Assembly (NCBI GenBank): GCA_964658305.1
Contig: OZ210885.1
Coordinates: 21,204,001-21,268,000 of the forward strand
Origin: Leptogorgia sarmentosa
Lineage: Eukaryota
DNA: 64,000 bases
Reading direction: 5' to 3'
Part shown: positions 36,856 to 49,189 of the stretch, one piece after another
Layout: every line of letters begins with the position of its first letter
Numbering within the stretch: position 1 is the stretch's first letter
The notes under the pieces: model-generated
Database searches by the model: none
Told to the model about the DNA's origin: nothing
The model's input: the letters and a program-made list of their open reading frames with translations, nothing else
Program-made: the position numbers and the translations under genes

Positions 36856-37844
36856 AGAGTGATTCTAAGTTCGAAGAATATCGGGCCCAATTGAACTTGG
36901 TCAATGCCGATGAGATTCTCGTATGCAAGGGACGACTTGTTGGAGAATATCCGGTGTTCATTTCGGACTCAACCTTACTTGCGAGAAATAGGTGGAGAAA
37001 GCTCACAAGACAATGTTACATGGCAGAATCATTTCGACTATGGCAGAGACTCGTCAGAAATTTTTGATCCCATGACTATGCAAGCTGACAAAACATGTAC
37101 TCAAATTGTGTTGGGGTTGTAAAAGGTTCCGTGCTACAGCCTTTCCCAACCCACCGGTAGCACCACTACATAGAGGACACCGATTTCGATGTTATTGGTG
37201 TTGACTAATAGTGACAGTACTATTTGTTGTGTGAGCTACAGCTAGAGACAAAATACACACTAGCAGGCTATACACCACTTGTGATGCAGGCTATACATTT
37301 TACACTTTTACCATGTATTTGCAATTGCACCACTAAATCCATAGTTTATCCATTCTATTTCGATACTATATCCACAGTATAGATATATTCATAGTATGGA
37401 TATATACAATTATTATGGATAATAAAAAATCCATTCTATCCAAACAAGATCCATATTACTATTTTCATTCAATGGATGTGCAACATGTTTTTCCCCAGTG
37501 AAATTGCACACACTGAGTTAAAGACTCAAAGTGGTTGCCAGCACAATAACGATTTAAAATTTGAGAATACTCACAATAGCCAGCGCTTACTGGTCAAATA
37601 GACCTTAGGCATATTCAATAGACCTTTCTTTATATTTATGGTCAGGGTTATTTCAGATACCTTGAAGCAGATCGGTCCTTTGGCACATAATTTTCACAAA
37701 ATAAACAAGTCCCAAACCATAAATCTAACCGTAGCATTCTAACCCTAACCACTAAATGCAATACTAGAGAGTAAGAAAAAAAATATTACAAAAACCTAAC
37801 AATCGTATATGAGTTCATGTATATAGTATTAATATAAGTCATTT

Positions 37845-37934
37845 GTATGGGGCCGTTTTGACCATCAGATATGCGGCCGTTTTGGCTATTGGATGCAGGG
37901 CCGTTTTGCCTCGGGGCCATTTTGACTGGTCACC
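37845..37934. mobile_element. Terminus of a non-autonomous DNA transposon
   Basis: Four GGCCGTTTTG-type subterminal repeats ending GGGGCCATTTTGACTGGTCACC. Confidence 0.5.
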
Positions 37935-38759
37935 TAGCCAGCAACAGTTTAAAGTATAGGTAAATCAAAAACAATTGTAATATTGGGATTTGGAGTTATG
38001 ATACTGCCTTTGATTAACTGCTAATTACACTTTATATGGTCGATAATAAAGATAGCTACTTCTCGTCCAGTTAATATAAAAGTATATCATTACTACCAAA
38101 AGCATGCCAATTATAAACATAGTTTGCCAAATTTCATTACTAGCTATACCAAACCGTTCTCTTGGTATCTTGTCGTTTCGTCCCATCCTGTTTTGTCCCC
38201 TTCTGTTTCGTCCCATTTGTGCCGTTGATATTTAAAGAAATTTGTATAGGTAATAGATAGGTTTCGAGTGCAATTGGATATAATATGCACGGTTGAGTTT
38301 TTCAAAGCCTCAAAATTGCACGAGCTCGAAGAGCGATTGCTATTGTAATTCAGCATGATTAGGAAGGAAGCTTTCAAAAAATGCCACCATATAACTTACT
38401 GTATGTCAGATTAGGGAGTACAGCTTTGGTGAAAGGGTTTGATAATGTTCCCTGTGAAAGGAAAAAGGTGTACCTGGAGAAACACCATTACCTTTTGAAA
38501 AAAGAATTATTTTGTGTCCACAGTGAACATTAAACCCACAATGGCAGAAATAAAGGTGCTTGCTCTGAGAACTGTGTCACTAAAGCCCTTGGGGATGCTC
38601 TTTTTAAGCTTATTGCTTATGCTTTCTATATTTTTCTTGAATGAAGTAATAATGCATTCTCAATCAAACTTCATTTTATTTTCCTTTACCCAATATTTTT
38701 TTGGAAAACACAAAATTTTACCATACTCTCACAAGTCCTGACAACACGTTCTGTTTACA

Positions 38760-38932
38760 GATTTTTACGAAGTGTGTCATACCGTGAATTTTCACGCATG
38801 GTATATGGTGTACTGGGAACAAAAAGAATTCCATTGCCTGCATGTGCTTATACAGCAATCAGAAAGCAATTCCCACCGAGCATGGATGAGGAATTAACTG
38901 GATTTGAAATAGATGAAGATGATGAAAGCTGA
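38760..38932 (+). pseudogene. Last exon of a P2X7 C-terminal-like accessory protein (KolobokP type)
   Basis: After an AG acceptor it reads RSVSYREFSRMVYGVLGTKRIPLPACAYTAIRKQFP...TGF; convergent with a Kolobok transposase end. Confidence 0.7.
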
Positions 38933-39009
38933 TTTTCCCACATATACTACATATTGGTACCACTTCCATGAAAGAAAAACAATTGAAAAACTACAAAATA
39001 GTGTAAATT

Positions 39010-39775
39010 GATATTCATGTATTTTTATTCTTTGGGCAATTGCCAACATTTTTGTGTCCTTTCATTGGCTGCTTGCACAGACTGCATTTTGGTGGCTGCC
39101 TTTCCTTTGTCTTTGCAATTACTTTAGGCACTGTGTTATACAAGAAATGAAGCATTTAGCAGCAGTAATTGAAGTATTCAGAAGGGCATGGACAGAAAAC
39201 AGATACCTGGTGCAGTTGGAGGAATACTTGGTGTCACCATCTCACTCCTGGCTCCTCTCTTAGCCAAAGCATCACCTCTTGACTGTTTGTTCATCATTGT
39301 GTTCATAGGTGGAGGGGTTTTATCTTTTAATTCCTTTGCTGCGGCCATAAGGTCATCTGTACTAGCCTTCATAAATGCCTGGAATATATCTTCCACATAA
39401 CCTACAGAGAGTAGAAACATACAAAAAAAACTTGATATTTTAGAAAATACATGTACTTGCTATTTTTATAGCTGGAATAACTGGTTGAAATAGATTGTAC
39501 CTATACATATATAGTGGTAGGCCCATAATAGCCAAATGCAAACTTCAAAGCAGGAAAGTTTTTCACTATGTACTGTACATAACATATAATATCATAAATG
39601 TTATAATACTCTTAAACGTACCAAAATCCTGCTTTATTTTGACGTACAGTTGCCTCGCCATTTTTAAATTTTGGATAAACGACTTTTATCCTTTCTGCCC
39701 TGTCTTTTTCTCTTTCTTTCACATCCCTGTGCAGGTTCGCGTTGAAATGCACAACTGCCACAATATGCCTAAAGA
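39010..39775 (-). pseudogene. Kolobok transposase, last three exons (family 1)
   Basis: HIVAVVHFNAN...YPKFKNGEATVR / GYVEDIFQAF...PPPMNTM / PPKCSLCKQPMKGH, with splice-site-like boundaries. Confidence 0.7.
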
Positions 39776-39864
39776 ATTTTTTTGTAATTGTTATAACACT
39801 GTAGAACAACCAGATACTATATCTATATCCAGATACCAGTCCCATACTATCATCATCACATACT

Positions 39865-40090
39865 TGTCCAATACCCTCGACTCTTAACGATTCGTGAATA
39901 CTACATAGATTCGTTCGACTCGTTCTATTGGTAAATTGTTAATAATTATCATCGTGATATCCGGTATAATAATATTATGCTGGTGCTTAATGATGATCTC
40001 ATTGTCTGTATCCGGTGAGCTGACTCCGCATCCATGACATTTCGTACGATTGGTACGAATCGTTTGATTCGTGAATTCTCTCAGATTGGT
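39865..40090 (+). mobile_element. TGT-starting DNA transposon terminus (Ginger-like); related terminus ends at 59423
   Basis: TGTCCAATACCCTCGACT..ACGATTCGTGAATA with repeated ATTCGT motifs; reverse-complement match at ~59350-59423. Confidence 0.6.
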
Positions 40091-40329
40091 TGGGTCTGTT
40101 AAACTCGTAAAGTTTAGAATTAGGGAAACATGTTGATTCTAAATGGAAAACATATCATGAGACTCATATTACGAACATATCGATTTGTGAATCCCCAACA
40201 TAATTATGTTCCTGTTGCACGTTCACTTTATAGGGTCCACTTGTTTACAATCACTTTATACACGGTCCACTTGTTTACAATCTCAATGTTACCCTCGTTC
40301 TTTACAAAACCTACGCTAATGCGTCACCT

Positions 40330-43300
40330 TATACACGGTTCACTCGTTTTAATGTTACCCACGTGAAGTTCAAAATTGGGGAAACAAGTTGATTAAAAAC
40401 AAGACGTCTACGCAAGCGTTCATTCCGCCTGCTGGCCTGCGCTGCAATCATGGTTGTCGATAAAAACCGCACACAACATTGCAAAGAAATGCGTTGATAT
40501 TTCGACATTTTTAGAATCATTATTTCAGTTTATTGTAATCAAATGTGCGATCTGCCTTTCTTCAAGGACGTCCAAGAAACATCCATCACAAAATAGAGAC
40601 AACATACTTATTGACTCATGCATGAAGAAGAGTTAAAAAAGATATAGATCAAAAGAAAGATAAAATAGAAAAGTCTGATACCATGCATGGACAAATTTAC
40701 TAAGCCTGCCAAATAGTTATAACAATAGATTATTGAAAAATATCGTGAATTTGAAAAGCTATATAGTAATATAGCTATTATTAATATATAAACTTAGATT
40801 CGTCTATCCTCCTTGTATTATATAAAAATCTTTGTGATTTTTGTGGCTGAAGTAAACAAAATCACACAACTATTCTACCTAACGTTTGGAGAAAACCTTA
40901 ATCCAGGAAGCGATTCTGCAGATACGAACGTTGTAAACAAGGCAACCACTTCGAGCCAGACAGAGCGAGTCATACCGAAATGTGACTCCTGTGAGGCTGT
41001 TATAAACGATATTGAAGATCTAAAATCTGGCCAAGATAACAACAGTGAGGCCATTCAATCGGTGTCTGACTCGGTTTTATATCTTACCGAAGTTGTTTCT
41101 AATCTACAAGAGAATCTGACAAACAATTGGAATAACAACGGCAAAAGCGCAGGAAATTTGCATCCTCCTCAAGATATGAATCACGAAAACGATATTATTA
41201 ACTTGGTGAGCGATTTTCCCGCTAGTCCGAATGAGGTCCGTGTATTGAGCTCCAAAGGTGGCGGTGACGCTGCAACTGACGGATCCTACGTATTTAGAAC
41301 AAGATCTACTTGACTATCTGTCCAATTGTTGCGAACAAATCCTGCTTTTAGACCCCAGTGCAAGTATAATAATTGCCGGTGACATTAACCAACTTAAGAT
41401 AACAGAACTTATTAGACAGCAAAATTTGGAACAACTGGTAAAAAAATCAACCAGAGGTCTTAAGACGTTGGATGTTTTTTTGACAAATCGACCATATATT
41501 TGGAAAGTTCCCACCGTTTTTGCTAGTCTCGTCAGATCTGATCACTTAGCTGTTATGGTATCGCCTCGAACCCATGTAAAAGTGGAGAGAAAACACGTGT
41601 TTTTTAGAGATGTAAGGGAGCACCGCAAGATAGAGATGGATAAAAGATTAAAAGAATATAATTGGACTAGTGTGAATAACACGAATGATGTTAGTGAGGC
41701 GGTATCTACCCTAACAGCCTAACTGATGCAATTAGAGGCATGCTGAGCGACTGTTTTCCTCTAACTAAAGTAAAGGTTTCCTCAAAGGATCCCCCATATA
41801 TGACTCCTTTGGTAAAATATTTATGCAAGACGCGAAATAAGCAATTAAGAAAAGGAATCAGTACTGAACTTCAAGAAAAAATCAACAAATTAATCCGTGA
41901 GAATCAAATTCGTGCTGTTAAGGACGAAAATAGAAAATCCAAACGAGGGTCAAAGGAATGGTGGAGAACGGTCAATAAAATTACCGGTCGAAGCACTAAT
42001 GATAACAGGGTGAGCTCTGTAATCGATCCGCAACAGATGAATACGTTTTTTCAAAGAATTAATACGGATACCCAGTATATTACTCCGGTACCCTTATTAA
42101 TCCCAGAGGGGGCTAGTATCCCTACCGTCGACGAGAATAGTGTCAAAAACGCAATGTTAAACTTAAAGCGAACTGGTACTGAGGGGCTTCCCTTCTGGTT
42201 GTGGAAGGATTTTGCTGCATACCTTGCCCCTGTATTGACACGGTTATTAAATTTATCATTGGAGCAGCAGTGTGTCCCTAATATTTGGAAACTGGCCAAC
42301 CTTACCCCGATCCCAAAAGAATTGCCTTTTTCGGATTGCAATCAGTTAAGACCAATTTCATTGACAAATATAATGATGAGACTTTTCGAAAAGCTTGTTT
42401 TTAAACAGGAAATTAGACCGCACTTGAATTCTATTATTGGAAAGGATCAATTCGCATATCAGACAGGCTTAAACACCACTACTGCACTTATCAAATGTCA
42501 ACACCAGTGGCTTAAATGGCTGGAAGATGAAGAAGTTGATTCTGTAAGAGTCATTTCCTTTGACTTCAGCAAGGCGTTCGATTCTGTACCTCATGATATT
42601 CTGTGTGAAAAGTTAAAGCAGACGAAGCTTAATCCGTATATTATTAACTGGATCTTAGATTTTTTAACAAAGCGAAAGCAACGAGTTGTGGTAGATGGAA
42701 TGGAGACTGATTTTCTAGATATCAACAGGGGAGATCCGCAGGGAACTGTTATTGGTCCTTTCTTATTCTCACTCATGGTTAATGATATCAATCTTGAAAA
42801 TCCTGACAGAAATTTATTGACTAAATTTGCCGACGACCTGACTGTAAGTGCTCCTGTGTCAAATACTGGAGATTCAGCAGCTAGTGAAGTTAGAAATATT
42901 AAAGGATGGGCGAGTGAAAACAGGATGGACATCAATATGTCTAAAACGTGGGAAATGGTAGTGCGTGGTAAATCAACGAAGCCATTGCCGCTTCAATTGG
43001 ACGGTATAGAGCGAAAAAAATGGTTAAAACTTCTTGGAATTACTTTTCAGGATGATCCTTGCTGTTGGGACTTACAAGTCGATTCTCTGCTATCGAAAGC
43101 TGCCAGCCGCATGTATATCCTTAGAATTTGCAGATGGTATGGTTATACAAAAGAAAACCTAAACCTATTGTTTGAAACTCTTATTCTATCACTATTCCAC
43201 TATGGAATCGAAGTTTGGGGATCTGCTTTGCAGAAAAAATATCTACAACGAATCGACAAATTTTTCCGACGAGCTTATCGATTTGGATATACCCTGAAAG

Positions 43301-43635
43301 AGCACAAAATAGCGCAACTAATAGAGGAGAAAGACAAATTATTATTTGATAAAATTGTAAATGACCCCGATCATGTTTTATATAATCTACTCCCAGGAAA
43401 GAGATCTAGACTCTTAAGGGAACGTAAACATTCTTTTACCCTACCAACGATTAAAACGGAACGTTTCAAACGCTTATTTTTAAATAGATGTCTATTTGAC
43501 TATTTTAATTAGGTAATTTTAATCACTGTAAATATATTTAACTTTGTAATTATTCTATTGGAACTGTAAAGGCACACGTTTGTTGTGCCTCCTTCCTTTT
43601 CAAATAAAGACTTAATAATAATAATAATAATAATA
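40330..43635 (+). mobile_element. CR1/L2-group LINE: ORF1 remnant, partial endonuclease, RT, (TAA)n tail
   Basis: AGDIN, LDVFLTN, SDH; LRPISLT, DFSKAFDSV, PQGTVIGP, KFADD in ORF 41740..43512; AATAAA then (TAA)n at ~43613-43635. An internal deletion near 41263 joins ORF1 to mid-endonuclease. Confidence 0.92.
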
Positions 43636-44312
43636 TGTATGACGAGTAAGTACCATATATAAGGCATAAGGGCCAACAATAATGTACATTCATCAAACAT
43701 CATAAACAAAATCAATTGCACTAGTCGAGTAATACATGAAAATTGACTATCAACGAAATTATACACTAAAACATCACGGTCGATCAAACTAGCTGTCACT
43801 AATCCGTTTAGATTTAAATTGCTAAATGCTATTAGTCTCTCACAACATTTAGAAGAAAAATAACATTACGGAAAGAACTATGCCGTTTAACAATTAACAG
43901 ATAATTGTCTTTTCACTTTGTGACATTCTGTTGTTGCTTTCAATGTTGGGATGGCCTAATGCAATCTTTTAAAGCAAATCGGATAAGTTGATTTTAACAA
44001 GGGCCATACTCTAGACGTCATTTAACTGCTTGCACCTGCTGATGTTTTTATACGTTATCTATGTACGTCACTGGCCTCATATTCATTTATGAAATGGAAT
44101 GATCACAAAATGCATGGGATTTAGAAGGTTTTATTAACATTTATTCTCTCTTCCTCTCTCTCTCCCCACTACATATACATTGATTGCATGTTACGATTAT
44201 CCATTACGTATAGTACAAAAAACAAAAATCTCAGGCGATTCATATGTTTGGTCATTCGTGAAAATGACGAAAACCAGTGAAACGTCTGCTCGCATACTTC
44301 TGTGTTAACCTG

Positions 44313-44718
44313 AAAAATAGGTACACAAAGTGTACATGTATCTGTGCCTGTGTAGCTTGATGATCAAGTCTTATTTGTTTTCAGCTTTTCGATACACGCA
44401 TCTTATCTGTCCCTAATACGCAATCTTGCATGTATAAAATGGTTTACTGCTAGGGAATAGGCGAATAGCGCAAATACTAATTCCTTTCAAGATGTGAGGT
44501 TGTGCGGAGACGTATTCAATACTTGATATAAGCTTTCATAACTATCTCGCATTCCGGAATTCCCGCGATCATATATCAAATTGCATAAGGAATTGGAACT
44601 TGACGACATATGATATCGCATTTTATGTTATTGCGTCTTTAAAACAGACACAACACTTTGCAATTGTTTGTGAAAAATGTGGCTCTCTAAAAACCAAATT
44701 TACCCTTTTCAATACCGT
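44313..44718 (-). repeat. Right arm of the IS3EU-like inverted repeat
   Basis: Ends AAATTTACCCTTTTCAATACCGT; reverse complement of 33101-33471. Confidence 0.85.
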
Positions 44719-44877
44719 TGTAGTGGTCTGAGCAGTCTCCCGGACTGACATGTCCCCCAATGGTATGCGCATGCGCAATGCATTTGTTGTTCTCATTATT
44801 CATGAACTACATTTCCTCGTGGTCTGAGTTGTCCCCTTCATTCACTGCTGTTGAACGACGTTTATTTATTGACAAAA

Positions 44878-47800
44878 ATGGTTCAAATCGAAGAAGTTTT
44901 CAAGGAAAATAGTGTTACTGATACCACAAAAAGTCCGCCCAAATCACGCAGTGAACGTATGGCGCAAGAGCGGGATAAGTACGAGCCGATTACTCACTAT
45001 CTTCGGCATGGGAAAAACCAAGAAGGTCTCACCAAGAACCAACAACGAATCGTTCGACGCCAAGCCAAGAGCTACTTCTTTGAAGAGACAAGTAAGATTT
45101 TGAAATCAGTTTGCTTCGCCATAAACTAAAAGTTTTAGTGGGGTTACTAGTGTACAGCAAATCAGCTTGCTAAATAATCTCACATTGACATAGTCATTGT
45201 GCTATTTATTATAATTATTGATTGTTAAATATTACCTCGTGCTTACAGCTTACATAGTTTCACTTTGCAATTGCAAATAATCAATTACACCTAATTTGGG
45301 ACTTACGATATTACAGCCGCATAGCATTTGAGTTTCTTAAGTGTAGCAATCTCAGTTATAGTCTGCTATTTAGTAATAGTATTTGCTTTATAAATGTTCA
45401 ACTGACCATTTAGATCTAGATTCTACATTTATTTTATTTGCTGCTCTTTTTATAGATAATGAATTGTATTACACAGCTGGCAAAGAGGGGGTAAAAAAGA
45501 AAGTGGTATTTAGCATTGAGGAGATTTCTGAAATACTCCAGCACCATCACAGTGATGCAATGGGAGGACACAGTGGTGTCAATGCAACCTTGAACAAGGT
45601 ATCTGCCCATTACCTATGGAATGGGATGAAAGAAGACATCCAAGAATATGTAAGTACTCCATTGTCAACAAAAATTGCAACAATGAATTTTCAGTTTGTT
45701 GCCTTCTCAGACTGATTTTAAAACTACAGTAACTGCAATACATGGAAGGTATTGCATGCTATCTTTACCCGAAATGATGATATTCAACAAGGGTGAAGGG
45801 TAAGTGAACCTTTGTTGAGGTTTCACTTTTGCATTCCCTTGCATTCAACTTTCTTGTATATGTACTGCTTGCAAGCCCATTATATTAGTCTTCCTTATTA
45901 ATAATTATTGTCCCTCTTGCAGTATTATAATCGTCTCTTGTTCATTGTTATCAGAATGGCCATATTGAACAACTATTGAAACTGATAATTATAATTTATA
46001 GATTATGTCATGTCATAGCTGCCAAGTTCACAGCAAACTGAAGACTCAGGCACCTGAAATGATTCCAATCAAGGTCAATGAGCCACTTGAGTTAGTGGGA
46101 ATAGATTTGATTGGTAAGTGATCTTATCCATGTTCGTAAAAATAGTGACAGATTTGGAATTATAATACTTAATGTTAAACATTCACTTGGTGGTAATATT
46201 CTGGCATTTATATTTTCAAGGGCCATTACCAACAACCTAGCAAGGCAACAAATATGTCTGTACATTTACAGACTACTTTACAAAATTTGTTGAGTTTTTT
46301 CCTTTGAAAGATAAGAGTGCTTCAGGAGTTGCAAAGTGCATCAACAAGTTTACTTGCAGGTATTTCACCCTATTTGAAGTAGTTTGTAATACAACCAAGT
46401 CTAGATTAGTTCAGATGTATACATACGTACCTCATATGACTTTAAGCCTAACAATTTTAAATGGACTTCTTAATTTTAGGTGGGGTGCTCCATCAAGGTT
46501 ATTATCAGACCAGGGCAGAGAATTTGTGGCAAAAGTTAATGAGAAAGTTTGTGAGCAATTTGGCATAAAAAGATCTGTTACAAGTGCGTATCACCCACAG
46601 ACAAATGGTTTGGATGAGAGAACGAACCAGACCCTGAAAGCACGCTTATCCAAACTAGCCAATGAGCAGCAAGACGATTGGTGTAGTTTTTTGGATGAAG
46701 TGGCTTATTCCATTAGGACTCAAAAACAGGTGACTACCAAGTACAGGCCATTTTATTTGATGTTTGGCAGACATCCAAACTCAACAAGAGAGGTAATATT
46801 GTAATCACCATTTTAGTTGCAAACAAATGGGGAAATTTGTCCATGTAAAATTGTCTTGCAATGGTGGTCGCAAGGATGTTTAATAAACATTGTCCTGTAT
46901 GAAAACATTGATGTCCATTGCATTTTATTGAGATCTGAGTGTTGAAAGACTTGTTGTACTAGGGTCCCTACTGATCTGTTATACAACTTCAGATGCATCA
47001 TGAAATGTCTTTGCATTTAACCAACTATATTTCATTTTTATTAGATTTCTGTTGTGGAAGACAGCTCCCCTGCACCTGAGTCATGTGTCAAGGACCTTGA
47101 GGAACATATGGAAAAGAAATATTCAACAGCTCAGATGACACATGAACAGGTGATTAACCTTATACTGTAATCTGTATTTTAAATATGGGAACACCACTGA
47201 TACTCCCCTAACACTCAAGATTAATGTGAATGTGTTGTGCACAAGTTAGCATGAAACATGAACAAGTCCTCACTTTCAGATCAAGGTTGATGAGCCATCA
47301 TGTATGGTCTTGAGTTGAATTTTTGTAGTTGCATAATTATCAATCTCTCTGATTAATTCTCTCTTTTATGAACCATCAACCATTACCAAACATGTGCCTG
47401 ATATTAATTTTACATGTGTATATAATATTATCTTGATTTATTTAGGTTCTCGAGAATATTAAATTAGCCCAAGAAAAACAAAAAGCACAATATGCCAAAC
47501 GAAAAGCAAAAGGTGTAAAAACATTTAACATGAAAGTTGGTGACAAAGTTTTTAAAAAGCAAATGAAGAACTTGTCACGAAAAGGTGGGAAGATGGAGCC
47601 ACTTTGGATAGGACCATACAGGTGAGAGTTAGTAGAGGTAGAGGCCTAGTGAGAGTGTTGCCAGTGATTATAGCAAAATTATGTCAAAGCAATACATGTA
47701 GGTGCAACTTATAGGTGCTTAGCAACAGAGAAGATTTAAAGGCTAATCTTGTCTTGCAGTTACTGTTAGAGCTGCAAATGCTTCTACAAAAGTTGAAGCT

Positions 47801-49072
47801 TTTTAGCAAAGCCTGACACTAGTATTTGTTTATCCTTAATTAAGGGTTACGGACATTGACCAGTTCCAACGAGTCACTCTTTCGCCTTGGAAACAAAATG
47901 CCCAGGTGCTGAAAAACAAGGTTCCATACGAGCAACTCCCGCCATGCTTCACCAGCGAGCTTCACAACACCTGTCCACAGGACAACACACCACAACCACC
48001 ACCATGTGACAACATGCCACAACCACCACCATGTGACAACATGCCACAACCACCACCATGTGACAACACACTACAAGCACCACCATGTGGCAACATGCCA
48101 CAACCACTGGATACATGCGACAACACACCACCACCATGCGACAACCCACAACCACCACCATGCGACAACACACCACCACCATCATGCAACAACACACCAC
48201 CACCATCATGCAACAACACACCACCACCATCATGCAACAACACACCACCACCATCATGCAACAACACACCACCACCATCATGCGACAACACACCACCACC
48301 ATCGGGAAAAAGGAAGAATATACTACTCCCCAGTGCAAATACCGATCCAGGACAATTGGTCTTATCCATACTAGAAGACGGTGTATGGCTTACAGATGAA
48401 CACATGGACCATACCCAATGGTTGTTATCCCAACAGTATGCTAGTGTACAGGGATTACACTCTGTGTTGGCATTCGAGGGTGAACATCCAAAGGTGGCCA
48501 AAGGTCAAAAAGACTTCATACAGGTACTAAATATATCAGGAGATCATTGGGTGACAGTGACAAACATTGGCTGTGGAGAGAATGGCATTAAAGTGTATGA
48601 TTCAGATTCACTTTATCGCCAAGCCCCAAAGTCTTCCAGGCCGAAATTTTTGGCATGCTTAGCTGCTTTGCTCAACACAAGTTCGGCAAATATGGTTGTT
48701 GAGTGGCCATCCCTAAAAAGGCAGAAAGGTGGATCAGACTGTGGCCTCTTTGCAATTGCTGTGGCTGTGAGTCTCTGCAATGGTGACAACCCGAGCTTGC
48801 AGAACTATGACCAAAGCATTATGAGGGAACATTTGGCACTATGCTTGGCATGTGATCAGATTTCCACATTCCCTGTGAAATCAGCAGCACGGAAGGCTGG
48901 GAAGAGCAGGCAAGAAACGGAACCATTGTTTTGCCATTGCAGAATGCCCTATGCAGAAGGGACATTCATGATACAGTGCATGAAGTGCAAAGGATGGTTT
49001 CACATGATTTGTGAGAATGTACCAACAGAAGTAACTGCAAAAACAGTTTTTCACTGCAGGGAGTGTAGATAG
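44878..49072 (+). pseudogene. Ginger1 transposase, 8 exons: H2C2, DDE integrase, GPY, Pro-rich repeats, Ulp1-type protease, PHD finger; one in-frame stop
   Basis: GT-AG bounded exons at about 44878-45091, 45456-45648, 46002-46113, 46221-46359, 46480-46792, 47045-47149, 47446-47621 and 47845-49072. Motifs: H..AMGGHSG, CHSCQ, GIDLIGP, SDQGREF, YHPQTNGLDER, WIGPY, HW/YDS/Q..GSDCG, CHC..C..C..WFH..C..C..C. TAG at ~46238. Confidence 0.9.
47975..48303 (+). repeat. Coding tandem repeat (27-nt then 24-nt units; CDNMPQPPP / CNNTPPPS)
   Basis: Repeated CCACCACCATGTGACAAC and ACACCACCACCATCATGCAACAAC units within the last Ginger exon. Confidence 0.95.
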
Positions 49073-49189
49073 ATGATGTGTGCACATTATTGGTCATCAC
49101 TGTGAAATATTCTGATGTAGGTAGACTGTGTAATAGGTTGTACATATGTAAATATAAATTATGTAAATAATTGTTCAGTAATACACCCT

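Noticed and set aside
33472..38932. Host G2E3 ubiquitin ligase and P2X7 receptor genes
   Set aside because: Only truncated fragments embedded in transposon structure; no HECT catalytic region or receptor ectodomain/transmembrane exons are present.
44878..47621. Gypsy LTR retrotransposon
   Set aside because: The integrase has introns and there is no RT, RNase H, gag or LTR; this fits Ginger1.
47949..48501. His-rich, Thr-rich, Val/Cys-rich and Gly-rich ORFs
   Set aside because: Alternative frames of the Pro-rich tandem repeat inside the Ginger exon.
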